Shown: positions 1 to 9,606 of the stretch, in pieces
Layout: the number at the start of each line of letters is the position of its first letter
How positions within the stretch are numbered: position 1 is the first letter of the stretch
NCBI RefSeq assembly: GCF_001457615.1
Contig: NZ_LN831024.1
Coordinates: 3,630,001 to 3,662,000 of the forward strand
Source: Pseudomonas aeruginosa
GTDB lineage: Bacteria; Pseudomonadota; Gammaproteobacteria; Pseudomonadales; Pseudomonadaceae
Direction of reading: 5' to 3'
DNA: 32,000 nt
Notes under the pieces: generated by a model
What the model saw: the letters and a program-made list of their open reading frames with translations, nothing else
Told to the model about the DNA's origin: nothing
Database searches by the model: none
Program-made: the position numbers and the translations under genes

Positions 1-171
1 GGTCAGCACCACGCCGGCGATCCCCTCTTTCTCCGCCTCCAGCCGTGCGATGGTCTTCGCCATCGCCTCGCGGTAGACACCGTTCATGGTGTTGGCGCTC
101 TGCCCGGGCATGTCCATGGTCAGGACGACGACGTTGTCCTGGCCTTTTTCGTAACGGATAGCGTCAGTCAT
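1..171 (-). CDS. N-terminus of FadJ-like 3-hydroxyacyl-CoA dehydrogenase/enoyl-CoA hydratase (truncated by window edge)
   Basis: Reverse strand reads MTDAIRYEKGQDNVVVLTMDMPGQSANTMNGVYREAMAKTIARLEAEKEGIAGVVLT, typical crotonase-fold N-terminus; immediately upstream of a thiolase is expected elsewhere for beta-oxidation gene pairs. Confidence 0.8.
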   Translation of the reverse strand, partial: MTDAIRYEKGQDNVVVLTMDMPGQSANTMNGVYREAMAKTIARLEAEKEGIAGVVLT

Positions 172-184
172 TCCGGTTCTCCCT

Positions 185-1390
<1,206 letters not shown>

Positions 1391-1650
1391 GGCGGTCTCT
1401 CTTATCCTGTTCTCGTCCGGCCGAGCGGGCCTCCGCCTACCTTAAACAGGCTCGCCGGCGGGACAATGACCGAACCGCTCAGGCTGATTGACCGCCCAGC
1501 TCAGCCTGCAACACCGGGAAGATAGCACCATGCCATCTTTCGACCGGAAACCCGGACACCGGACGAACGGTCGAGACGCACGCCAGAGCCGTCACCACGC
1601 TGTCATATAGAGGGAATATGTCTAGACCGCAGCAGCTTGTATCCAAGTGG

Positions 1651-1678
1651 TCTAAGCCCGCGCAGGCCGGGGCTTAGA
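1651..1678. terminator. hairpin, possible bidirectional terminator or RNA element
   Basis: Perfect 9-bp inverted repeat TCTAAGCCC-(10 nt)-GGGCTTAGA at 1651-1659/1670-1678; no strong U tract. Confidence 0.4.
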
Positions 1679-1821
1679 CTGATTCATGCAAGCGTTCGAA
1701 AGGGAGGTCGACGCCGGGGATGCCGGGCCGACCGAAGAGTACGCCACTGCGTGGCAAGCCGTTCCGCCGGGCCGTAGCGCGGAGCAGGCAGCCACCCGAC
1801 AACAAGAAAGGCAGACAGGCC

Positions 1822-1923
1822 ATGTTGAACGAGCAGCCAAAAAGATGGCGGCAAGCGAGCCTCATCGTCTTCGCCACCACAGTCATCCTGATCCTTCCCA
1901 ACCTTAACAGTCTGATCCGTTAG
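1822..1923 (+). CDS. possible 33-aa single-pass membrane small protein
   Basis: MLNEQPKRWRQASLIVFATTVILILPNLNSLIR; short basic N-terminus followed by a hydrophobic stretch; the frame is open upstream to 1720 (67 aa). Confidence 0.3.
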   Translation: MLNEQPKRWRQASLIVFATTVILILPNLNSLIR

Positions 1924-1960
1924 GGCACCTGCTGCCTGCACGCTGCGCACCGCCTCGCGG

Positions 1961-2848
1961 TCAGCGCAGCGCAGGCAGCCACCAGGTCAGCAGCAGCGGA
2001 ATGAAGGCGAACGACAGCAGGGTCGAACACAGCACCAGGCTGGCGACCTGATCCGGCGAACGATTGCCGCGCAAGGCGTAGAGATAGTTGAACACCGCCA
2101 CCGGCATCGACGACTGCACCACCAGCACCCCCTGCGCCAGCGGCGGCAATTGCAACGCCAGCGCCACCGACCAGCCCACCAGCGCCCCCAGCAGAAGACG
2201 CAAGCCGCCATAGAAAAAGCCATTGCCCAGTTGCCGCGGGCGGATGCTGGCCAGGGACACGCCGAGGGTGATCAGCATCAGCGGAATGGTCAGCCCGGCC
2301 ATCAGGTCGACGGTATTCGCCATCCAGCGTGGCAGTTGCAGGTCGAGCCCCATCAACAACAAGGCCAGCAGCACGCTGAGCAGGATCGGATTGCCCAGCA
2401 GCGAACGCCAGGAGCGCTCGCCGCTCATCCAGAACACGCCGAGGCTGAAGTTGCCGATCGACATGATCAGGTAGAACGCCACCGCCAGGGTCATCCCCGC
2501 CTCGCCGAACGCATACAGGCACACCGGCAGGCCCATGTTGCCGACATTCGGGAAGCTGTAGGCCGGCACCAGCACCTGCCACTCCTGGCGCCCGAGGCGC
2601 GCCGCCGCCCAGCCCAGCGCAGCCATGCAGACGCAGATCAGCGCGCTGGCCAGGGCCATCCGGCCGAAACTGTGCAGGTCCACCCGGGTATGCGCCAGGG
2701 TGGCGAGGATCAGGCATGGCGAACCGATGTTGAACACGATGCGCGAAACGAACTCGGTCGGATAGGCGTGTCCGAGACGGACCCAGACGTAACCGACACC
2801 GGCGCCGAACAGCACGGGCGCCATCACGGCGAACAACTCGGCGAGCAC
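1961..2848 (-). CDS. AEC (auxin efflux carrier) family transporter, 295 aa
   Basis: Multi-TM protein with MLAELFAVMAPVLFGAGVGYVWVRLG and FPNVGNMGLPVCLYAFGEAGM, typical AEC permease segments. Confidence 0.85.
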   Translation of the reverse strand: MLAELFAVMAPVLFGAGVGYVWVRLGHAYPTEFVSRIVFNIGSPCLILATLAHTRVDLHSFGRMALASALICVCMAALGWAAARLGRQEWQVLVPAYSFPNVGNMGLPVCLYAFGEAGMTLAVAFYLIMSIGNFSLGVFWMSGERSWRSLLGNPILLSVLLALLLMGLDLQLPRWMANTVDLMAGLTIPLMLITLGVSLASIRPRQLGNGFFYGGLRLLLGALVGWSVALALQLPPLAQGVLVVQSSMPVAVFNYLYALRGNRSPDQVASLVLCSTLLSFAFIPLLLTWWLPALR

Positions 2849-2960
2849 GGGAACCCCTTGGTTAGCCAGCTATGCAATGGCCCGCATGCTACCGCGAGGC
2901 CCCCGTTCCGTGCCAATCTCTCGCTCCATGCCATAACCGGCGGATGCACGAGGAACCCGC

Positions 2961-3781
2961 ATGCCTGTCACTCTCCCGCGCCTGGCGTTGCTAGGTGCCC
3001 TGCTCTTCCCTGTGGCTGCCGCCTGGGCCGCCGAGCTCCGCCTGGAACTGCCGGGGGCACGCAGACCTGGAGCAGCGAAGAACTGCTCAGGCATCCGCAG
3101 GCCCGCGACCTGGACATCCCGGCCGACGTCGCCTACCGCCGGAACATGCGCTACCGCGCCGTGCCACTGGCGGCGTTGTTGAAAGGCGTGCATCCCGAAG
3201 ACCATTTGCAGGCCGTGGCCAGCGACGGCTTCGCCGCCGAGTTGCCGGCCGCCCCGCTGCTCGCCGAACAGGGCTCGCAAGCCTGGCTGGCGATAGAGGA
3301 TCCGCAGCGCCCCTGGCCGCCGCTGGGCGCGGGCAAGCCGTCCGCCGGGCCGTTCTATCTGGTCTGGAGCAAACCCGAGGAAAAACGCATCGGTCCGGAG
3401 CAATGGCCCTTCCAGGTCGTCCGCATCCGCTACCAGTCCCCTCTGGCCGAACGCTTCCCGGCCCTGCTGCCGGCCGCTGACGCCAGCGCGGAGGTGCGCG
3501 CCGGCTTCGCCGTGTTCCAGAAGAACTGCCTGGCCTGCCACCGTCTCAACGGTGCCGGCGACGCCCAGTTCGGCCCGGACCTGAACCTGCCGTACAACCC
3601 CACCGAGTACTTCCAGCCGCAATTCCTCGCCCGCTACATCCGCGACCCGCAGGCGCTGCGGCAATGGCCGCAGGCGAAGATGCCGGCGTTCCCGGAACGG
3701 GTGATCGACGACCAGGAGTTGCGCCAGTTGATCGGCTACCTGCGCCACATGGCCGGCCGCAAGGCGGGCGCGGCCGGCTGA
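2961..3781 (+). pseudogene. exported c-type cytochrome-domain protein, frame-disrupted in this sequence
   Basis: Signal peptide MPVTLPRLALLGALLFPVAAAWAAELRLELPG starts at 2961 in one frame; the body (GGTQTWSSEELLRHPQARD...CLACHR...HMAGRKAGAAG) is in the -1 frame, ending at 3781. The switch falls at the G5 run 3053-3057. Confidence 0.75.
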
Positions 3782-3788
3782 AGCGGCG

Positions 3789-4520
3789 TCAGATGTTGTA
3801 CGCCGAGGGCGGCGACGGCAGGCGCTCCAGCAAGTCGTGCAGGCCGGCGCTCCACTGGCGGCGGATGGCGCTGAAATAGGCGTCGTCCTCTGTGACCCGG
3901 TAGCCCTCCGGCAGGATCAGGCTGTCGCGGTGGTAGACCAGCAGGTCCAGCGGCATGCCCACCGAGAGGTTGCTGCGGATGGTCGAGTCGAACGACACCA
4001 GCGCGCAGCGCAGGGCCTGCTCCAGCGGCGTGTCGAAAGTCAGGTTGCGGTCGAGGATCGGCTTGCCGTACTTGCTTTCGCCCAGTTGCAGGAAAGGCGT
4101 GTCCGGCGTGGCCTGGATGAAGTTGCCCTGGGGATAGATGCTGTACAGCGCCGGCGGTCCGCCGGCGATCTGCCCGCCGACCAGGAAGGAACAGCTCAGG
4201 TCGGTATTGCCGGCCAGATTGCCGCTGTCGCGGGCCAGCACCTCGCGGGTGGTCTCGGCGACCAGCGCCGTGGCGTCGTAGACCGAGGGCACGTTGAGCA
4301 GGCTGGCGCCGTCCCGGCGGATGCGCTGCTGCAGCAGGTTGATCACCGATTGCGAGGTCGCCAGGTTGCCGGCCGTCTGCACCACCAGCAGGCGCTCGCC
4401 GGGCGTGCCGAAGGTGAACAGCTTGCGGAAGGTGGCGATATGGTCGATCCCGGCGTTGGTCCGCGAATCGGAGGCGAACACCAACCCATCGGCCAGGTGC
4501 ATCGCGACACAGTAGGTCAT
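3789..4520 (-). CDS. proteasome-type (Anbu-like, Ntn-hydrolase) peptidase, 243 aa
   Basis: MTYCVAMHLADGLVFASDSRTNAGIDHIATFRKLFTF...; Anbu/HslV-like beta-subunit sequence, located beside its usual partners. Confidence 0.88.
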   Translation of the reverse strand: MTYCVAMHLADGLVFASDSRTNAGIDHIATFRKLFTFGTPGERLLVVQTAGNLATSQSVINLLQQRIRRDGASLLNVPSVYDATALVAETTREVLARDSGNLAGNTDLSCSFLVGGQIAGGPPALYSIYPQGNFIQATPDTPFLQLGESKYGKPILDRNLTFDTPLEQALRCALVSFDSTIRSNLSVGMPLDLLVYHRDSLILPEGYRVTEDDAYFSAIRRQWSAGLHDLLERLPSPPSAYNI

Positions 4521-4601
4521 CTCGAATCTTCCTTATTCCGTCCGTCCCCGCCCCTCAAGCGTAAAGGCAATCGCCGATAACGCCAGGCGCGCAATGGATC
4601 G

Positions 4602-5402
4602 TCACTGTTGCTGCACCTGCAGCAGCGGCGCGCTGACCAGCACCCTCGCATGCATCTGCTCGCAACCGCCGCCACGGCGCAAGCCGCGCACCGGGCAGGC
4701 ATCCAGGTAGTCGAGGCCGACGGCCAGCTTGAGATGGCGCTCCGGACGGCCGAGCCGGTTGGTCACGTCGAAGCTGTACCAGCCGTCGCCGAGCCAGGCC
4801 TCGGCCCAGGCATGGCTGGCCAGGTGCGTATCGTCCTCGGTGTAGAGGTAGCCGGAGACGTAGCGCCCCGGCACGCCCTGGCTGCGGACGCAGGCGAGGA
4901 AGGCATGGGCATGGTCCTGGCAGACCCCGGCGCGTGCGCCGAAAGCCTCGATGGCGGTGCTGTCGACGCGGGTCGCCCCCGGCTGGTAGAGGATATGCTC
5001 GTGCAGCGCATGCATCAGGTCGAGCAGGCCGCCGCGGTCCTTGCGGCCGCCCATGGCGCGTTCGGCGAAGGCGCGCATCTCGGCATCGGCGCCGGTCAGG
5101 CGGGTGCTGCGCAGGAACGGCAACGGCGACTGGCGATCGTGCTCCACCTCGCGCTCCTCGTCGATCTCGACCAGGCCGTGGGCGGCGATCAGGACCGACT
5201 CATGCGGTTCGTCCAGGGTCAGGACGTGCAGGATGTTGCCGTACGGATCGCGCAGCGGCCGCGCCGGGCGCGGCAGGTCCAGGCGCCAATCGACCACGTG
5301 CTGGCGCTCGCTGTCCTGCGGGGTCAGGCGCAGGTACTGGATGCTGGCGCGCACCCGGTCTTCGTAGCGATAGGTGGTGTCGTGGGTGATCGAGAGTCTC
5401 AT
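4602..5402 (-). CDS. transglutaminase-like superfamily protein with bacterial transglutaminase-like N-terminal region, 266 aa
   Basis: MRLSITHDTTYRYEDRV...RAGVCQDHAHAFLACVRSQGVPGRYVSGYL...ASHAWAEAWL...FDVTNR gives the Cys-His-Asp triad context. Start overlaps the upstream stop (ATGA). Confidence 0.92.
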   Translation of the reverse strand: MRLSITHDTTYRYEDRVRASIQYLRLTPQDSERQHVVDWRLDLPRPARPLRDPYGNILHVLTLDEPHESVLIAAHGLVEIDEEREVEHDRQSPLPFLRSTRLTGADAEMRAFAERAMGGRKDRGGLLDLMHALHEHILYQPGATRVDSTAIEAFGARAGVCQDHAHAFLACVRSQGVPGRYVSGYLYTEDDTHLASHAWAEAWLGDGWYSFDVTNRLGRPERHLKLAVGLDYLDACPVRGLRRGGGCEQMHARVLVSAPLLQVQQQ

Positions 5403-6352
5403 GCGGCCTCCAGGTAGGAGCTGTGAATGGCGTTGGCCAACTGGCGAACCAGCAGGATGTAGTCGGTGATCCAGGTATGCAGGCCCTGTTCCAGCACCTC
5501 GTCGATGCCGGTGTAGCGCACCCGCGCCTCCAGCTCGGCGGCCAGGCGCTGCGCCGGCCGGCCGTTGACGCCGGGCAGGCCGGAAAGGATCTCGCTCAGT
5601 TCCTCGATGCAGGACAGCAGCGAACGTGGCACGTCCTCGCGCAACAGCAGCAATTCGGCGATGTTGCGCGCGTTGGGCGAGGCGCGGTACAGCTCGGTGT
5701 AGCCCTCGAAGGCGGATAGCGCCCGCAGCAGCGCGCTCCACTGGTAGTAGCCGCGCGCGGTGCCCTCGTCCGCCCCGGCGAGCGCCGCTTCGCCCTGGGT
5801 CTGGTAGCGCGCATCGAGCAGGCGCAAGGTATTGTCGGCGCGTTCGATGAAGGTTCCGAGACGGATGAAGCGGAACGCATCGTTGCGCATGCTGGTGGCG
5901 AAGGTCGCGCCGCGGAACAGGTGCGAGCGGTCCTTCACCCATTCGCAGAAACGACTGATGCCATAGCGCAGGATGCCCTCGGCGGCGATGCCGCGCATTT
6001 CCAGCCAGGTGGCGTTGATGTTCTCCCACATGTCCAGGGTGATCCGCCCGCGTACCGCATGGGCACTGGCGCGCGCTGCGGCCAGGCAGCTGTAGATGCT
6101 CGCCGGGTTGTCCGGGTCGAGGGCGAAGAAACTCAGCAGGCGCTCGGCGGCCAGTTCGCCGTGGCGCTCCAGGTAGGCGTCGAGGGTGCCGGTGATCAGC
6201 AGCGGCATGGCCAGTTCGTCCAGGCCGCCACCGTTGCGGTCCTGCGGCAACAGCGACAGCGAGTAGCTGACGTCGAGCATGCGGGCGAGGTTCTCCGCGC
6301 GTTCCAGGTAGCGCGACATCCAGTACAGGTCGGAAGCGGTCCGGCTGAGCAT
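5399..6352 (-). CDS. alpha-E domain protein, 317 aa
   Basis: MLSRTASDLYWMSRYLERAENLARMLDVSYSL... is the characteristic alpha-E N-terminus. Confidence 0.92.
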   Translation of the reverse strand: MLSRTASDLYWMSRYLERAENLARMLDVSYSLSLLPQDRNGGGLDELAMPLLITGTLDAYLERHGELAAERLLSFFALDPDNPASIYSCLAAARASAHAVRGRITLDMWENINATWLEMRGIAAEGILRYGISRFCEWVKDRSHLFRGATFATSMRNDAFRFIRLGTFIERADNTLRLLDARYQTQGEAALAGADEGTARGYYQWSALLRALSAFEGYTELYRASPNARNIAELLLLREDVPRSLLSCIEELSEILSGLPGVNGRPAQRLAAELEARVRYTGIDEVLEQGLHTWITDYILLVRQLANAIHSSYLEAA

Positions 6353-6354
6353 GC

Positions 6355-7767
6355 TTATTCCTCCACCACCCAGGTGTCCTTGGTGCCGCCGCCCTGGGAC
6401 GAGTTGACCACCAGCGAGCCTTCGCGCAACGCCACCCGGGTCAGCCCGCCAGGCACCAGGCGAACCCGATCCGGCGCCGACAGGACGAACGGCCGCAGGT
6501 CGATATGGCGCGGCGCGACGCCGCTCTCGACGAAGGTCGGACAGGTCGACAGGGACAGCGTCGGTTGCGCGATATAGGCCTCCGGGCGAGCCTTCAGGCG
6601 CTCGCGGAACAGCTCGATTTCTTCCCGGCTGGCCGCCGGTCCGACCAGCATGCCGTAGCCGCCGGAACCCTGGGTCTCCTTCACCACCAGCTCCGGCAGG
6701 TGCGCCAGGACGTGCGCCAGTTCCTTCGGCTTGCGACATTGCCAGGTCGGCACGTTGTGCAGCAGCGGGTCTTCGCCGAGGTAGAAGCGGATCATGTCCG
6801 GCACGTAGGGGTAGATCGACTTGTCGTCGGCCACCCCGGTACCGATCGCGTTGGCCAGCACCAGGTTGCCGGCCCGGTAGGCGGCCAGCAGGCCGGGCAC
6901 GCCGAGCAGCGAATCCGGGTTGAACGCCAGCGGGTCGAGGAAGGCGTCGTCGATCCTTCGGTAGATCACGTCCACCGGTTGCGGTCCGGCCGTCGTGCGC
7001 ATGTAGACCCGCTCGTCGCGGACGAACAGATCGGCGCCTTCGACCAGTTCCACGCCCATCTCGCGGGCGAGGAAGGCGTGTTCGAAGTAGGCGCTGTTGA
7101 AACGTCCCGGCGTCAATACCACCACGCTCGGCGATTCGACGTCACTGGCCCGCTTTAGGGTGTCGAGCAGCAGGTCCGGGTAGTGGTCGATCGGCGCCAC
7201 GCGCTGGCGGACGAACAGCTCGGGGAACAGGCGCATCATCATCTTGCGGTTTTCCAGCATGTAGGAAACACCGCTGGGCGTGCGCAGGTTGTCCTCCAGC
7301 ACGTAGTAGTTGCCGCTGCCGTCGCGGACCAGGTCGACCCCGGCAATGTGCGCGTAGACGTTGCCCGGCAGGTCCAGTCCCTGCATCGCCAGTTGGTACT
7401 GGTCGTTGGCCAGGACCTGCTCGGCAGGAATCACCCCGGCCTTGAGGATGCGCTGTTCGTGGTAGAGGTCGGCGAGGAACAGGTTCAGCGCCTGGACGCG
7501 CTGGATGCAGCCGGCCTCGATGTGCGCCCACTCCGCCGCGGGAATGCTGCGCGGGATGGTGTCGAAGGGGATCAGGCGCTCGGTGCCCTGCTCGTCGCCG
7601 TACAGGGTGAAGGTGATGCCGGCGCGGTGGAACAGCAGGTCGGCTTCACGCCGGCGTTGCAGCAGTTGCTCTTCAGGGGTGTCGGCCAGCCAGCGAGCGA
7701 ATTCCCGATAATGCGAGCGGCATTCGCCGCCAGCATCGTGCATCTCGTCGTAAAACATGCGTGCCAT
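6355..7767 (-). CDS. circularly permuted ATP-grasp protein, 470 aa
   Basis: MARMFYDEMHDAGG...HYREFARWL...RSIPAAEWAHIEAGCIQRVQALNLFLADLYHEQ...VKETQGSGGYGMLVGPAAS, hallmark of the circularly permuted ATP-grasp family. Confidence 0.93.
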   Translation of the reverse strand: MARMFYDEMHDAGGECRSHYREFARWLADTPEEQLLQRRREADLLFHRAGITFTLYGDEQGTERLIPFDTIPRSIPAAEWAHIEAGCIQRVQALNLFLADLYHEQRILKAGVIPAEQVLANDQYQLAMQGLDLPGNVYAHIAGVDLVRDGSGNYYVLEDNLRTPSGVSYMLENRKMMMRLFPELFVRQRVAPIDHYPDLLLDTLKRASDVESPSVVVLTPGRFNSAYFEHAFLAREMGVELVEGADLFVRDERVYMRTTAGPQPVDVIYRRIDDAFLDPLAFNPDSLLGVPGLLAAYRAGNLVLANAIGTGVADDKSIYPYVPDMIRFYLGEDPLLHNVPTWQCRKPKELAHVLAHLPELVVKETQGSGGYGMLVGPAASREEIELFRERLKARPEAYIAQPTLSLSTCPTFVESGVAPRHIDLRPFVLSAPDRVRLVPGGLTRVALREGSLVVNSSQGGGTKDTWVVEE

Positions 7768-8116
7768 GCCGGACTCCTTGTCGTCACGAACGATGGGGAA
7801 CTCGCAAAGCCCGTGCCAGCGCGCGGATCACGGCTCGTCGGCGATTCGCAGGGTCGGCGCGGCGGGTTCGCCCCAGTCTGGTGCATCCTGCCCACAGGGA
7901 GAGGAAGGGCGCCCCGTTCGACGGCATGCGCGCCCCGCGGCCACGGACCGGCATCGACCTGCCGATCGCGAAGCGACCTGTGGGACCGATAAGTCTAGAA
8001 CAGACCCGGAAGGGAGACGGCTTCTCCCCTCCCTTCCATGCAGACAGCCGTCTCGCTCGAACGAGCGATAAAGCGGACCGGCGGTAGTGCCAGGGAGGCG
8101 CCCGCGGCCGGGAAGG

Positions 8117-8815
8117 TCAATCGATCAGCGACAGCCAATGACGGTAGAAACCCTCGGCCACCCGATTCAGCCCGGCAACCTTGGCAGGCAACCCGGCCAG
8201 CATGTCCTCGGCGGATTGCTGGCTGGGCTGGGAGGGATCGAGCAGGTGCGGCCAGCCGGCGATCCAGCGCCGCACCAGTTCCTCGGTCATTTCCGGATGG
8301 CCTTGCAGGCCGAGTACGTGATCGCCCCAGGAAAACCCCTGGTTCTCGCACCACGGGCTGGACAGCAGGCGCTCGGCGCCCTGCGGCAGGTCGAAGGCAT
8401 CGCCGTGCCACTGGAAGATCGAGAAGCGCTCCGGCAGCCCGGCCAGCCATGGACTGTCGCGGCTTTCCCGCTGCATGGGCTGCCAGCCCATTTCGGTGTA
8501 GGGCTGGTGCCGCACCGTCGCGCCCAGGGCGCGGGCCAGCAACTGGCCGCCGAGGCAATGGCCGATCAGCGGGATGCGCCGCTCGATGAAGCGACGCAGC
8601 AGCGCCAGTTCGTCGCGCAACCAGGGCAGGTCGTCGTTGACGCTCATCGGCCCACCCATGATCGCCACCGCTCGCGGGCGTTCGGCGTCGAGACCGGCGA
8701 GTTCGCCGAGGTCGGCGCGGATCACGCGGAAGTCCAGGCCGCGCTCCGCCAGCACGGCACCCAGATGGCCTGGCGGACAGAACTCGGCATGGGTCAGGAT
8801 CAGAATATCGCTCAT
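8117..8815 (-). CDS. class I glutamine amidotransferase-like protein (GMP synthase GATase-like), 232 aa
   Basis: IMGGPMSVNDDLPWLRDE, LIGHCLGGQLLARALG (nucleophile Cys), FQWHGDAFDLP, VLGLQGHPEMT. Confidence 0.92.
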   Translation of the reverse strand: MSDILILTHAEFCPPGHLGAVLAERGLDFRVIRADLGELAGLDAERPRAVAIMGGPMSVNDDLPWLRDELALLRRFIERRIPLIGHCLGGQLLARALGATVRHQPYTEMGWQPMQRESRDSPWLAGLPERFSIFQWHGDAFDLPQGAERLLSSPWCENQGFSWGDHVLGLQGHPEMTEELVRRWIAGWPHLLDPSQPSQQSAEDMLAGLPAKVAGLNRVAEGFYRHWLSLID

Positions 8816-8876
8816 GGCTTACCTCCTTCCCCAGTCTGAAGGAAAGCCTTCGAGGAAGGAAAGCCCGACGCAGGAG

Positions 8877-8901
8877 CCCCGGCCCGGGATCGCGGCCGGG
8901 G
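8877..8901. terminator. GC-rich hairpin downstream of the 121-aa gene
   Basis: Perfect 8-bp stem CCCCGGCC (8877-8884)/GGCCGGGG (8894-8901), 9-nt loop; lacks a U tract. Confidence 0.4.
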
Positions 8902-8912
8902 TCCCGCCGCCG

Positions 8913-9278
8913 TCACGGACGCAGCGAAGTGACCTCCTGGGTCACGCCCCACCCGTCCAGCACGCCGCCCAGCGGCACCACGACTTCCTCCAGGTCGTGT
9001 TCGAAGGCACCGATGGCGGCATGGGTGGCGTACATCACCTTGCTGACCTGCAGGTTCCAGGAGCCATCGTCGCGAGCGACGACCTGGGCCCTGAGGGATT
9101 CGCCGCGAAACTGGCCCGCTGCCTGGCGGGCCTCCCGCTCACTGGGAAAGATGGCGAAGAAGTCGATGGGATGGATGCGCGCGAAGTCGAAGCCGCCTTC
9201 TTTCATGCGACGCAGGACATTCACGCTGACATCATCCGAGAAGGGCTTTTCCATGAGACGCACCTCCTGTCGAGACAT
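8913..9278 (-). CDS. conserved hypothetical protein, 121 aa
   Basis: Intact ORF MSRQEVRLMEKPFSDDVSVNVLRRMKEGGFDFARIHPIDFFAIFPSE...; codon usage consistent with the strand of its neighbours. Confidence 0.75.
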   Translation of the reverse strand: MSRQEVRLMEKPFSDDVSVNVLRRMKEGGFDFARIHPIDFFAIFPSEREARQAAGQFRGESLRAQVVARDDGSWNLQVSKVMYATHAAIGAFEHDLEEVVVPLGGVLDGWGVTQEVTSLRP

Positions 9279-9559
9279 TCAGAAAATTCACCGATTCCCC
9301 ATTCAGCTGAAGCCATCGTCGGCGATCATGAGAGTTTTGTGATCAGGCCAGAGGAGGATCGGACGACCATGGCTTCTTTCAGGGTAGCGTCAACCTGCCA
9401 GCGCTGCCGAGCTTTCCGCCGCCTGCCCCGGCGGGCGGCGACCGGCGGCAGACAAAGCGCTGTACAAAAGGCCCGGCCGTTGAGCAAGATTCCGCCTGCG
9501 CCGGCGACCGTTGGTCCTGCCCGATGGCATTGGCGAAAGCGACTCGTGCAATAATATCA

Positions 9560-9573
9560 GGTTGATATCAACC
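9560..9573. promoter_or_regulatory. perfect palindrome upstream of mucR
   Basis: GGTTGATATCAACC, 14-bp perfect palindrome 33 nt before the mucR ATG. Confidence 0.35.
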
Positions 9574-9606
9574 ACTTCTCTCCCGCTATCCCGTTCGGAC
9601 GCTTTC

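Noticed and set aside
4602-6029. 475-aa extended transglutaminase ORF
   Set aside because: N-terminal part overlaps the alpha-E gene out of frame and lacks recognisable sequence; MRLSITHDTTYRYEDRV at 5402 is the conserved start.
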